From the NCBI RefSeq assembly GCF_009914755.1, contig NC_060926.1: 64,000 nt of DNA; one strand, 5' to 3'. Positions within the stretch are counted from its first letter, which is position 1; each line of letters opens with the position of its first letter. Origin of the DNA: the human T2T-CHM13v2.0 reference genome, Homo sapiens. A program made the position numbers and the translations under genes. Below are positions 1 through 19,254 of the stretch, one piece after another. The notes below the pieces were generated by a model, which was not told the DNA's origin, did not search any database, and saw only the letters and a list, made by a program, of their open reading frames with translations.

Positions 1-175
1 AGTAGCTGGAACTACAGACACATGTCACCACACCTGGTTAATTTTTAAAACTTTTTGTGGAAATGGGGTCTCACTATGTTGCCCAGGCTGGTTTCAAACT
101 CCTAGGCTCAAGCAATCCTCTTGCCTCAGCCACCCAAAGCACTGGTATTACAGGTGTGACCAACCGCACTGGGCC
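1..175 (-). mobile_element. Alu (J-like), cut by the window edge
   Basis: Reverse-complement Alu left arm. Confidence 0.85.
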
Positions 176-199
176 TGTTTTGTTTATATTTTTAATATT

Positions 200-960
200 T
201 TACATCAGTCTGGCTGTTACATGGAAAATAGGTTACAAGAGAGACAAAAGCAGAAGCAGAAAGATCAGTTATCCAGTATTACAGTAATCCAGAGGCCTGA
301 TGGAAGGGAAGCACTGAGAAATGGCTGGATGTGGAACAAAATCTGCAAACAGCTGATGGACTGGATGACGAGGCATGAAGTGGAGAGGAGAGGAAACAAG
401 GATGGCTCCTGCGCTCTAAGCCTAGACAGCCGAGTGAGCAACAACAAGGCTTCAGCTGAAATGGAGACCCTGGCAGGTGGGGTGCAGGTGGGGAGCTGGA
501 TCAGAAGTTCTGATGTAGACACATTAAACAGGATGTGCTATTAGACATCCAAGTGGAGAAGCCGAGTAGACTGGTGGATATGTACCTCTGTAGCTCAGAG
601 GGAAGGCTGGAGAGGGAAAATTGGACGTCATTAACACACAGCTGTTATATAAAGCCTAGTTATATAAAGCCTAGGCATAAACAAGCTCCCTGGGAGAGAA
701 TATAAATAAAGAAGAGACAAGGACTAAGTCCTAGCGCTCACTAACATTCAGAGGTCAGGGGAGAGAGGCAAGATCCGAAGTCTAGGACGTTATCAGCAGG
801 AGGAGGAGCCAGTGAAGACTGAAAAGAGATAACTAGATGAAAGAAGGAATCCCAGGAGAATGTGGCCTTCTAGAAGCTGGGCACAGAGTTTTAAGGAGGC
901 CTGGTCAACTGTGTTTCTAAATACCACTTGGAGATAAAGTAAAATGATGTGCATATGAGA
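200..960 (-). mobile_element. L2 LINE fragment
   Basis: ttagacatccaagtggag...gtggatatg, the purine-rich antisense L2 signature. Confidence 0.7.
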
Positions 961-1016
961 TGTATGTTCAAGGAGAAAGGGAGGATGACTGTACACGTCT
1001 GTCCAGGAAAAGCAAT

Positions 1017-1369
1017 ACAGGCTGAGTAGCCTGTTTCTAAAATGCTTGAGATCAGAAGGATTTTAAATTTTTGATTTTTTTTTTGGCTTTTGGAACATTT
1101 GTATAAAAATAATGAGATATCTTGGGATGAGACCCAAGTCTAAACATGAAATTCATTCATGCTTCATATACACTTTATACACACAGACTGAAGGTAATTT
1201 TATACCTTTAAACATTTTATATTTTTAATAATTTTTGGCAGGAAACAGACTTTAGGTTAAGTCTCATGTTTGGATTTTCCACTTGTGGAGTCATGTTGGC
1301 ACTCAAAAGAGTTTTAAATTTTGGAGCGTCTGCATTTCAGATTTTTGGATTATAGAGGCTCAACCTCTA
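1017..1369. mobile_element. TcMar-Tigger MITE (MER46/Tigger4-like)
   Basis: Degenerate terminal inverted repeats caggctgagtagc...gctcaacctct; internal gagatatcttgggatgagacccaagtctaaac. Confidence 0.75.
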
Positions 1370-1910
1370 CGTTCTCTATCGGCCAACATTCTCTCTACTG
1401 TTCTCTTTTGTTTCCAGAGATTGTGGGACAAATATGGTCATTCACTATTTTGCCCCAGATATGTGCTATGATCATAAGGCAAAGAAAACACCAAGTCTCC
1501 AACCCTGAAATTCAAATTTAAGATGAAGGTGGGGGAGATTTTTACAAATCTATATATAATATCTACACAGAAGAAGGGGGCTGATAAAATATCTACATAA
1601 AAAAGAGACTGATACAAAGTGCCTGACCCTTGACTTAGGGAAAATGCGTAGGAAGCCACTGAACCCTGCTGCCTTCCTTCACAGCGCTTAGTCACAGATC
1701 TGTTTATCACCACCCCTCACCTAGATTGTAAGCTCACAAGGGCGGTGAGTGTACAATAGAGAACATGTTGGTTTTCTTCACCAACATATTCCTGCAGCCT
1801 AGTACCGTACTCAATATATCCTTACTGAACAAATACAAGCACTTGTTGGTCTCCTACATTTACTTTTATAATATAGGAAGACAAAATAAAAATATTAAGA
1901 GACAAAATAG

Positions 1911-3262
<1,352 letters not shown>

Positions 3263-3987
3263 CACACACACACACTAAAACCAAAAACCCTTACAGAAAA
3301 AAACCTGAGAAAAAGACTATAATATCTATTTGTATTTCTTCATTGAGCAAGAAAAAAATCTGCCAGACTGCAAATATTCATACATTTACTAGAAAAATGT
3401 CCATGCCATTTCCCTAAAACTGACTTCCCAAAGCTATAATGATTTCAAAAGCATCTCCCTGACAACCCCTAAAATTCTGCAGCACCTACTGCCTTGCCAT
3501 CTTTACAGGTGCAGGAGCACAGATGTCTGCCCTAGCCCAGTGACTGAAGCCCTGAGGAGATACCAGCGTTGAACCCTGTGATGGCGTCAGAAGGCCTCAC
3601 CTCTGCGGGGAGTGTGCTACCTACTCAGCTGAGAGGCTTAGAAACATTCACTAAACAACCTTTTATTACATTCCAAAAAATGTGGCTTCCAATTGTGCAT
3701 TTCCTTTGGTTTGCGTGCCTCTGTGAAGCTGTGTGGTATGTATTTTTGAGGCCTTATGCTTCTTAACACATAGTGTCCTCTATTTGCGAAGACAGAGTTT
3801 TGTGGGTTTATGAACTGCTGGATAAGCTCCAGTGCGATTCTGAACAGACGCAGAAGCACTAGTGCAAGTTAGAAGGGTTCTTCATGTTTTTAACCGCCTC
3901 ATTTGCAGGCTCCAAGAGTACTTTCCAAATTTTAAATTAAATGGTAAATGTTAAAATATTTAATCAGTGTTTTATTTTAAACAGTCA

Positions 3988-4342
<355 letters not shown>

Positions 4343-4417
4343 TAACGTAACGTGACGTGACGTGACGTGACGTGACGTGACGTAACGTAACGTAACGTAA
4401 CGTAACGTAACGTAACA
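4343..4417. repeat. Compound pentanucleotide microsatellite (TAACG)2(TGACG)6(TAACG)6TAACA
   Basis: Read directly from the sequence. Confidence 0.97.
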
Positions 4418-4527
4418 GTACCTAACTGCCATTCTTGAAAGCTGGGTGCAGTATTTATTCTTTATAACATCTTAAATAGTGACATTAAAAAAAGAAAAAA
4501 ACAAAAACAAAGCACATACCCTTATAG

Positions 4528-5478
<951 letters not shown>

Positions 5479-6967
5479 TCAAACAGCTTCCCAAACAAAT
5501 AGTTTTCCTCCTACATTTTTCCTCAAGTTTACACATCCACATTACCAAGCAGCAAGCAATCACTCACACCCCAACCACCACCACCAAGCAATGAGTGGCT
5601 GCAGGAGTGCCCTGATATGCTAGGGGCTCGGAATTCAGGAGCATTTCCAACAGAAACACCATTAAGCAGAAAGGTTTTGGGTTGGGTGCCATAGGGGACT
5701 TGGATTCCCTCTGAAGTCTACATAGTTGCCAAGGATGTTAATTATAAAGAACTAACCTAAGATTAAATTATGTTTCAGAGGAAAAAGCAAGCTTGAAAAA
5801 TTATTCTTGGCATTAGTCTCTGAAGCTGCAGACGAATTAGACCCTGGAGAAAACAAACAAACAAAACAATAGAACCTGGTCTCTGAGAGAATTAAAAAAA
5901 TAAAAATAAAAATAAAAAATAAGGAAAGAACTGAGAAAATGGGACAGGGGCTGCAGACAACCCATTTGGTCTCAAAGGACAAGCTGGCTACAGAGATATC
6001 TAAGTGCCAGAAGGTGGTGTATCAGGAACTGCATTAGTTTATAAAGATTTCAATTACTCAAGAAAGATGATATCAGATAGGCAAAAATTAACAAGCTAAA
6101 AGAACACTAAGTTGCCTTCATCTTCAGTATGCCCCAAAGAGGGAGGGAAAAAGTTTTCAAACCTGATTTATAAGATGTTAATACAAATCACAGTCCAGGC
6201 TTCCTAAACTTGGCATGGATCATACATTAAACACACATTTCTTTGGTTCTATAGGCCTCAAATGAACCTTCCTGCCAAACGTCAACTTGGTACGTTTGAT
6301 AAAATCTTATGAAAAATGGCAGGCTTTCAGACCCCTGGGCTCTCCCTTTGCTTTGAAGGAGTTTACAAAGAGCAGTTTCCAAGTAAAGACAAGTGGTGCT
6401 ATAAAATATCACTCAGTACTGTGGGAGGGAGCAGGGCAGAAAGGTAGGTCAGAAAGGAACACTGAAGTCCAAGTTTCAGCATAATGCTTCGCTTAGCAAA
6501 AGCAACTTCTGCTCACACTGTCCCCATATGCAGCTCACCTAGGAGAGGGCTCTCTGGATGTTTTTTTCACAGCTTTCTGTTAAATCTCAGGTAGAAAGTT
6601 GAAACTAAAAAGGTCTTATAAGATAAGCTAACATTTGTCAAGAAGGCAATTTCTCATCACCTGGCTATCATCCAGCCCCTCACACTTCATACTTCATACT
6701 TCTTCTCATCACCAGCCCCTCATACTCATGCTAATTAAAGTCACCATTACTTGGAACAAAAACGCCCACCCTAAGAAACTGATCCAGAGAATCAGAAGTA
6801 AACAATGGGTCTCTTACAGTTCTAAGATAATAGACATGTCATAAACCAGCCAATGACATATAATAGAGGCAACTAAAAATGTTTTAGGTAATTGCAGTAC
6901 CTTAGAATTAATATTTCCAAGGTTAACTGAAGAAACCAGGAACCAATTTGTATATAAAATACAACTT

Positions 6968-7425
<458 letters not shown>

Positions 7426-10022
7426 TACAACTTCCCACACATAACATCACAAATATAACTAAAAAACAATACATCCAAATATTAATGGTAGTTATAGTAT
7501 TATCAAGAGGGAATAGCTGGTTTTTATTTTCATGTACTTTGTAACCCACTTAGAATAAATAGGAATACGCATACATTGTTTGCATGAACAAAAAAGCTGT
7601 TTTGCTTTCTTTAAAAGATCATTTTATAAAATGCAGAAAATACCAAAGGGAAAATAATGTTTAATATTCTCCTGCCTCTTCCTGGACTCAGAATGACATA
7701 GTTATCTGCACATTTGCCCAAGCAAAAACCGGGGTGTCATCCTTGGTCCTTTCCTATTCCTTACTTCCCACACTCATCAATTTCAAGTCTCTTACAACCA
7801 TAACAACCCTTTCAATTCTATGCCCATGGCCACCATCCTCACACAGGCTTGTAAGGTGGCCTCACTGCAACCATCTTCAGGACTGCCCCTCCCCACCTCT
7901 CCATAACGCGGCTCTCCAGCCCACATCTCCTCCTCTACTAGGCAGACCTCCCGAAGCAGCACTCCACACTGAGAGTGCTTTTCACCTGCCCACTAGTTGA
8001 TTCTATCTACTTTTGACATGCAGAAGGGATCTAAGATCCAAGGCATGGACAGGCACTTGCTGTCCATGTTGCTGTAGTGATCAAAATACAATAAGCACTT
8101 CTAAGAGGAAGATGAAAGAGACCTTTCTCATGATGAAAAGGTTAGGGGCAAGCTGATTTATTCTGCCTCTCCTGACAATGTTCCCCAAAGGGGCACAAAC
8201 TGGGAGAAAACTACGTAACGCTGGTCTGAGGGCAGCATTCTTGTGATCTATACAGCTCTCTATCAATGAACACCTCTGAGACATGCCACCAGGCAATTCA
8301 AGGATGAATCGTCTGCAAGTACTGCCTACCAGATTAGACTTCTCTCACATTATCCCAGAACCCCAAAGAGCCACAACTACTAGAAAGGGAGCCTGGCACA
8401 GGTAATGCAGGTGCCATCATCTCTCCTGTGGGCTGCCACAGCCTGTGCTTGTTGCGTCCAGATTAGAGCCTGTTTAATGCATTCCCCTGCGGCAGCAAAA
8501 GTAATCTTTTCAGAACACAGGTCTGATCCTATCCCCCCGCTTACAACTCTTGTCAGGACTCCCTGCCCTACATCCCCACAGCCGGCTCACAAGACCCCTC
8601 CTAACCTGGCTTTCTACCTGCCCCCACAGGCTCGAATGCTCAGCCATGGGAGGTACTTGCTCCCGCAGCTCTGCACCCACTCTACTGTCAAGATCCGATC
8701 TACTGTCCAACCTGGGAAAGTCGACTGAAAAGGAAAAAAAAACCCTTCTCCCACTGGGCACCTCACTCCACCCCACCCCTTCACCCAGTCGACGCAGCTA
8801 TCCTTCGGTCCCTCCTTCAAAGTCTCTCCCTCTGGGAAGTATTCCCTGAGTGCCAACCACACTTCTCATCAGCTCCTGGGCCCTCAGTGGGTACAGGGTC
8901 TCTCCTACGTGCTCCCACCACAGTACCCTGGTAGCACTCCTCACACTGAATGGCAACTGCCTACTTTCTTGTTGGATTCCCAACAGTAACTCCTCAAAGA
9001 GAAGGGCAGCACCCTGGATGCTGTAATACTGCCAGCATACAGCATCGTTCCCAACACACAGTTGATGTAGTCCATAATATTTATTAACAAGTGAATACAA
9101 GGAAAGATGGATAAGTTGACAGGAATATGAATGCAGTATCTGCAAGAGTCCAGGGGAAAAGGAACAAATGGTAACTTAGGAAAACCAAAATGCTTCCTGT
9201 TTGAACGGCCTTCATTTCACTACCAACCAAACGAAATATCTCTAAGTGCTTTCAACAACACGTCAGTATCCCGAAACCACAGAGTCAACAGCAAGCAGCA
9301 TGCTTTTTTTATGTGTGAAAATACATAACTGAGCAATTTTAAAAGGACTATCATAGACAGGAATAATTTTCATACCTGCAAGATGATAGTGGTTACAGAG
9401 AGTTCACCTCCCTCAGATTCTGATCTTCAGTACCCCTCACTCTACTCTCTTCTCAAATCTCAGGTAAGGGAGATGTCTGCTGAGTATAAAGTAATCTAAT
9501 GCCAACTTTATACTATGTGTTTTTCTGCTTATGAAATCGTATTTCCTTGCTTCATTTTTTACTATAAACTTAAAGGGAAGGGTGGGAGCTTCTGGCTATT
9601 TAAGAGAAGAATTATTTAAGGAGGGAAAAAAAGGTTTTTTTGGCAAACTACATGTCATCCCTGATCAGGATGATCTATGATAATTTATATATGTAACTTA
9701 TTTTTAAAAGAAACAAACTATAGTGAGATGACTTGAAGAGTAATAGACTTTTCAGAATTAGACCTCCGGATCACTAACAGCTGAAAGTTTAAGATTCTGA
9801 AATACTTGGAAACAAAAAATAAATGTAAATCAGAAGAATAAATACTAATTTATAATGTCTGTTTTAACATGATATTAAACAGTTCCCATAAAAGAATGTT
9901 TGAGCATGAATTGACTGGCTCCAGAAAGCAAATTCAACCCAAAAGTGAGTCCACTGTGTCTAATGTACACAGCCACATGTAGACCCAGGTTCCTCAATAC
10001 ATCCAATTTAAAAAGTATCTTT

Positions 10023-10322
10023 GGCCGGGAGTGGTGGCTCACACCTGTAATCCCAGCACTTTGGGAGGCCCAGGCAGGAGGATCACTTGAGGTCATGAGT
10101 TCAAGACCACCCCAGCCAACATGGCAAAACCCCGTCTCTACCAAAAATACAAAAATTAGCCAGGTGTGGTAGCGTACACCTGTAATCCCAGCTACAGGAG
10201 GTTGAGGTAGGAGAATCACTTGAACCCAGGAGGCAGAGGTTGCAGTGGGCTGAGGCTGCACCACTGCACCCCAGCATCGGTGATCGCCAGACTCCGTCTC
10301 AAAAAATTAAATAAATAATAAA
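10023..10322 (+). mobile_element. Alu (S-like) about 50 nt downstream of the exon 13 donor
   Basis: TSD aaaagtatctttg on both sides. Confidence 0.92.
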
Positions 10323-10374
10323 AAGTATCTTTGCTTGTCCTATTTTTACTGAAACTCCTCTTTGTATTACTTAC

Positions 10375-10427
10375 TGGAATGTAATAGATGCCCATCTTGG
10401 GGGTTTCATTGGCCGTCAGAAGCATGC
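10375..10427 (-). CDS. NOL10: NOL10 exon 13 (GMLLTANETPKMGIYYIP); last exon found in the window
   Basis: Acceptor tttttag|GC, donor CCA|gtaagt; 53 nt; visible inside track ORF 10216..10443. Cumulative CDS is 1026 nt = 342 codons with no stop. Confidence 0.96.
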
Positions 10428-11543
10428 CTAAAAATAAATACAATGAAAAAGGTCAATGCATAGGAAAAAGAAAGTACCCTTTTCTATTTGCTTTCCATTC
10501 TGAAATGCCTGAGGAACTTCTGTTAGTCAGTGAACCAAAGTATAGTATTTCCCACAAAATGTCACAGCAAATTCCTAACTTTTACAAAACAAATTCGAAT
10601 TTTCCAGAACAAATTTGCTTTGCTTTTGCAAAGCAAATTCCTAACTTTTACAAAACTGACTGCAAAACAAAATGTCTACATTTTGTTATCATCTACACCA
10701 GAAAGTCCTAGAGGGACTCTAACAGCCCTGACTACAGCACAGTCACTCCCTCACAGGGAATTATAACAGACTGAACCAACAGGGTGGTTAATAATTGAGT
10801 CTCCTTGGGATCAGCATATAAGAAAGCAAAACTGAAGAAAGAGATAACTTTCCGGCATTCAATAAAGGATTCTCTATAACCCCAGGAGCAACCTATAAGT
10901 ACATTATTATTTGGTACTAAACTACTTAGTATCAAAGTATTCAAATATCTCGGTTTTGTTCCCTTTTCTCTGCCATTTTTGCAACATACTCCTTCCCCAC
11001 AAGTGTTCTGAAGCAGCTCCAACATGGCAATATGCAAACATCAAAACTCCTCAGATCCCCTGCTCTGGACCACTGCACTTTAAATAAAACTGAAACCAGC
11101 AAGCCTTTGACCAGTCCTTCATAATCATCTAGGCACTTTCACATATACTATCTTAGTGAACATACAACAACCCTCTCAAAGAAGATGTATCATCAGCCCT
11201 ATTTTACTGATCAGAAAATAAAGCTCAGAGGGACTGATGCCCCAGTCGTGAGAGAATGTTAAAGCTAAAGTCAAACTCAAGAGCGCCTGCTTTTAAATAA
11301 AGACTTCTACAGATCAGCTAAATAAGAATTCATTTTAAAAATCTATTTGTAAGATACAAGAGGAATCCACAGAGAGAAGACATTTAGATTATCAGATCAC
11401 ATAATGATAAATGAATATACCAAATGTTAAGGGCAATGATTAGATTCTGTTTTTAAAAATATTTTTTGCTGCCTTTCCTTTTATTAACACAAAAGTTTGT
11501 AAAAGTGATGATATTTGACTCTATTACAGAAATGAGATGCTGA

Positions 11544-11884
<341 letters not shown>

Positions 11885-11983
11885 CGATACTATCTTACCA
11901 AAACCACGTCTTGCCAATAACTCAGAAGTGTGAGCTAGCCCTGAACTGGGACCAACAGGTCACCAAAAATATATGCACACAAA

Positions 11984-11992
11984 ACACACACA

Positions 11993-12027
<35 letters not shown>
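11984..12027. repeat. (CA)n microsatellite (UG repeat in the NOL10 pre-mRNA)
   Basis: Read directly. Confidence 0.95.
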
Positions 12028-15000
12028 CCCGTAAAAACATCTAAAAGCACCTAATGAAGTCTAAAAAAGCAAGAATAATGTCTAAATTAAACCAAAACAA
12101 AGTCAGAGCTGTTTTTCATAGCTTGTAACTCTTGTAGAATCTTTCATCTTAGCACTTTTTCTGGCCTTCCAAACAACGTTCACCGAGGTCATGATGGACA
12201 GAAACTGCCTCTGCTGATTGTGCTTCCTAGGTCTCCACTAACAACACTGCTGAAAGATCTCCAGGAGCCTTTGGACATAATTAAAGCAGTTCTGGAGACA
12301 GAAGCCACATCTTCACAACCAAAAGGAAGGTTCCTAATAAAGACCTCTCCTAAGCCTTCTCCACTGGCTCAACCCTGAACACTCAACAATGAACATTCCA
12401 CAATGAAATACAACACCACCTACCAAACAAACCACGGAAAGGGCTCTAATGTAATTACACAAAAAAATTCAGACTGGACACAGCTAGACTGTTTTCTAAA
12501 AATGGAGGAGGATCTCACACAACCACATACGGCTAATGATACAAGCAGGTCTACTACCAAACTCAAGTGAGGAGGGTCAGGGCTGAAAGCAATTATGAAT
12601 GAGAAAAAGAACATCATAGAGCCCAAAGAGTATGAGCAGCTTCTAACAGGCAGAAACAGAAAAATAAACCTGTGAAAGAAAGCCTTAGTTCAGCAGAAAT
12701 TAAGATGATCAAGGCAGGAGAAGAGAAGAGCATGAGCATCGCGCCAGGCAAGTCACATTCTCAGCAAGTTACCTCCCTTGCTCAGGGCCACCACATAGCT
12801 AGTAAGTAGAGCCACTGACAGTCTACCAATTCCAAGGCTCATAACATGGGACTCTGACACTTCATCAACTAAGGTAAAATTAAAAGACCTCCTGCATGAT
12901 CAAGTAAGAAACCATTTTAAAAAAGTCAGTATGAATACCACATGGCAACGTGAAAGATGTGTTTAATATAACATCAAACTGAAAAGCAAAAGATAACCGT
13001 AAGTACAGTGTGAGGACAACTTAAAACATATGAACACAGAATTAATATGGTTTCACCCATGAAGACAGTAATAGTACGTGACAGTACGTGTAAAGAGATT
13101 ATGGCATTGAGGACTTTTTTCCTTTAAATTTATTTTAATGTAGTTTATCCACAATAAAACTATACATTTTTAAAGGAAGGAAAAGATATCAGCACCTGGA
13201 GTCAAAAGAACACATTTCCAATATGACCCAGTACACTATAGTGTATAGTACGCTGTAATAATACAATAAAAGAGAATTTGACAAAATAGTGCCCTCCCCA
13301 GAAACATGCACAAATCAGTACTCATCTGCATGTGCTCTGGGGACTAAAGGACTCACTGAAGTTCACAACACAAACACAGTGCTCTACAGCTGCTCAAAGT
13401 GTGTCCCCAGTGACAGACTGCAAACTGTTACCAGGCCAGGAAATAAGTGCAGAAATTGAAAAGAAGCATTTAGAAACCTGCAATTCAACACTGCAGTGAC
13501 AACCAAATGTGTGATCATTTTCCTAGTAATTCATTTGTATTGTCTTTTACAGACGTATCAACGTGCAGTGGATTAGAAAATTCGAAACAAAACAAAAAAC
13601 CAAAATCCTGGTCCTTCACCACACGTGTTGGGAAGTGCTGCGCAAAAACATATGGCATCAGTCACCACCTTGAACAGCTCAGAGGAGACAGGCTGTGCAC
13701 GCAGAACTGTGCCAAAGGGGACTGGCAGGGGCGCTCCTGCCCTATTTAGAACCTCAGATGAAAGTATGGGGCATTTGAGTTTACTATACAAGGCACCAAA
13801 GATATTTATAGATGGCTCTAACAGTTTTCCATGTATTTAGAAGGCACTGACGGAATAAAAGGCTATTTCACACTTATCAGTACAGGTAGTCTTCAACAGC
13901 CCTGTAAGGCAGGTGAGAATTCCGAGGTTGGGTAATTTCTACCACTATTAAGCCTGAATTGGATCTTTCTTGAGCCCAGTGCCCCTGTTCTTTTCTCTCT
14001 ACCATGGTTCTGAAACCACCGATGCTGATTCCACAGGTCTGGAGTGGGACTCAAGACACACGTAAGCTTTACAAGCTCCCCGTGTCATGAATCTGATGCA
14101 CACCCAAGTCATAGAGCCGTGCTGTCTCTTCAAGTGCCCTGACCGGCATGGAGCAGCTGCTCACTGTACAGGTGGCTGATGAGCCATAGGAGCAGGGCCC
14201 TGAACAAGGCAGGAAGGCAGAACCATTTCCCAATATACTGAGCAGCCTTGGTATAAGAAAAATATTACAAAACCATAATCATGATTATGCTTCAATTACT
14301 CCAAAATGAGTAAGTGAAAAGAAAAAAGAAAGACAGTTTCAGCTTTTCTAAACTATGATTAAGCCCACAATGATTAAGCACCAGACACAAAGAGTTGAAC
14401 GGGAGGAAAAGGTGTGGGAAAGCAAGGAAAAGCGGAGTGCAATCATCCGCCACACTCAGATCCAAGCCACAAAGAAGGGGCGCCTACGGGTCTTGTTCTG
14501 CCTGCTCTCTTATGAAATAAATTATTTGGCTAGCTTTTCTACTCTTGATTAACCTCTTACGAGTTATTAGATAGTAACAGTCATTCCTTTGTCCAAAACA
14601 TCATGCTTAAAGTTGCTGGTTTGCAAGAAACTGTACTTTGTAATGACGACATCACTTAACAATGGGATCAACCTTACCCCTCTCCAATACTGCAACGACC
14701 TGGAGACCTCAGCAGCCTGCACATTACTCTTGCCCCAAATTTAATCTAAACTTAATTAAGTCTTTAGACTTAACTTCTATTTTAGAAAAAATACACGGTA
14801 GAGGATCAAGTTAAACAACATCACGAGAAAAAAAAATCACATAAATCGAGGATGAAGGATATTCTGAGACCACTGGCCTGATCTTTGAAAAGTCAACGTC
14901 ATGGAGAAGAAAAGAAAAAGATGTGGGGGACTATACTGGATTGAAAGAAACTAAAGATACACAACAGCGAAATGTAACACACAACCTCAGTTATATCCTG

Positions 15001-15313
15001 GTTCAAAAAAACACAAAAAACAAACAAAAAAACCACACCTAACTAAAAAAGGGCATATGGGGAACAATTAGGAAAACCTGAAAATGGACTGGATGTAAGA
15101 TAATATTAGAAAAGGGCTGCCATTTTTATTAGGCACAATAAGGGACCTAATAATTTCAATGATTTTCAGGAGATCAATGCCACCCTGGGTGCAGGTGAGT
15201 GCCACCATGTCTGCAGCTGGCTTTCGAGTGATTCCACAAAGAAACCACAACAACCACAGAAGCACAGAGATAAATAAATCAATTATGGTGAAGACAACAA
15301 TAACAAACATTGA

Positions 15314-16830
<1,517 letters not shown>

Positions 16831-17404
16831 AGACCAGGCGAAAAAATAAAATCAGCATTCCAGAGATGCGTAGTTGAATTATCAGCACCCTCTCAATCCA
16901 TTTTAAGTCTCTTCCTCAGCAGTCACCTGGGTAACAACATGCACTGCTAACATCAGCCTCCCTCCTCTCCTTGTCCTTGTGATTCCAACCACTGTCGTCA
17001 GTGGTGGCATTTCAAGAATGGGTTCCTCAACAGTCTGAGCCTGAGTATTTCTCAGAAAGAGGCTTCTTTGCCAAGTAGTCACACCCTTTGTGGGTTAAGA
17101 GATCTTTACAGCCATTAAAGGTGGGGGAAGAGATGCACAAAAACTGACCTGAGAAATCAAGTTGCCCACAAGAGTCCACCCTCCAGCCCTGCCTCCTGGA
17201 GAAGCTGTTTAGGCACACAGCCTGCGGGGGCCAACAGATTGGCACTCATTTCAGCAGGTGTCTCTTTGGGCTTCTATATCCTTGGTTACAATGGAAAAAC
17301 TGAGGCAGCCTACCAGGCTCAACAATCCCCGCTACACTGGGCCAGGCACAAGCACTACTAAACCTTACCAGCATCCTCAAGGGTTGAAGCTCTCCCAGTT
17401 TAGA

Positions 17405-17680
17405 CCAGCACTGTCCAATGGAAAGAGCATGTGAACCACATATGTGATTTTAAAATTTTTAGTAGCCACATTTTTAAAAATGGTAAAATTAATTTTAATA
17501 TATTTTACTAATCCAACATGTCTAAAATATTTTCATTTCAACATGTAATTAATAGAAAATTATTAATGATCTATTTTACATCCTTTTTTCGTAGAATGTC
17601 TTTTAAATCCAATGTATATTTTATACTCACAGTACATGTCAATGCCCACGAGTGGCTAGTGGCTACCAAACTGTACAGCC
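17405..17680. mobile_element. hAT-Charlie MITE (MER3/MER33-like)
   Basis: cagcactgtccaat...tagtagccacat...gtggctagtggctacc...tgtacagc. Confidence 0.7.
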
Positions 17681-18016
17681 CAAGGTAAGACTCTTTCTCT
17701 CCCAACTCTCTGTGCCCTTCAAACTGTCACTCCCCCAGTCGCACTATCCCTGCTCGTCACCCTTGCCCCAACCTCAGCTCCACCTGATTTACTCACTTAC
17801 CTACTTAACCGAGACCCTGGTGTAGGTCATTTCAATACCCTAACTAGGACCCAGCATCCTCAGCTGCAATCTATTCCTGAACTCACCAGAATTTCACTTT
17901 ACTCCCATGATTATAATAAAATTCTCTCAACTATTACAGATGAAATGCAAATTATAAAGTCCAGGGTTTCTCATCTTTCTTGGGAGAGCAGTGTGCAATT
18001 AGAAACAGCATGGGCA

Positions 18017-19254
<1,238 letters not shown>

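Noticed and set aside
644-673. 15-bp tandem duplication gttatataaagccta containing a TATA-like sequence
   Set aside because: Ordinary slippage inside an L2 remnant, with no promoter context.
13232-13245. 14-bp perfect palindrome tacactatagtgta
   Set aside because: Several palindromes of this length are expected by chance in 64 kb.
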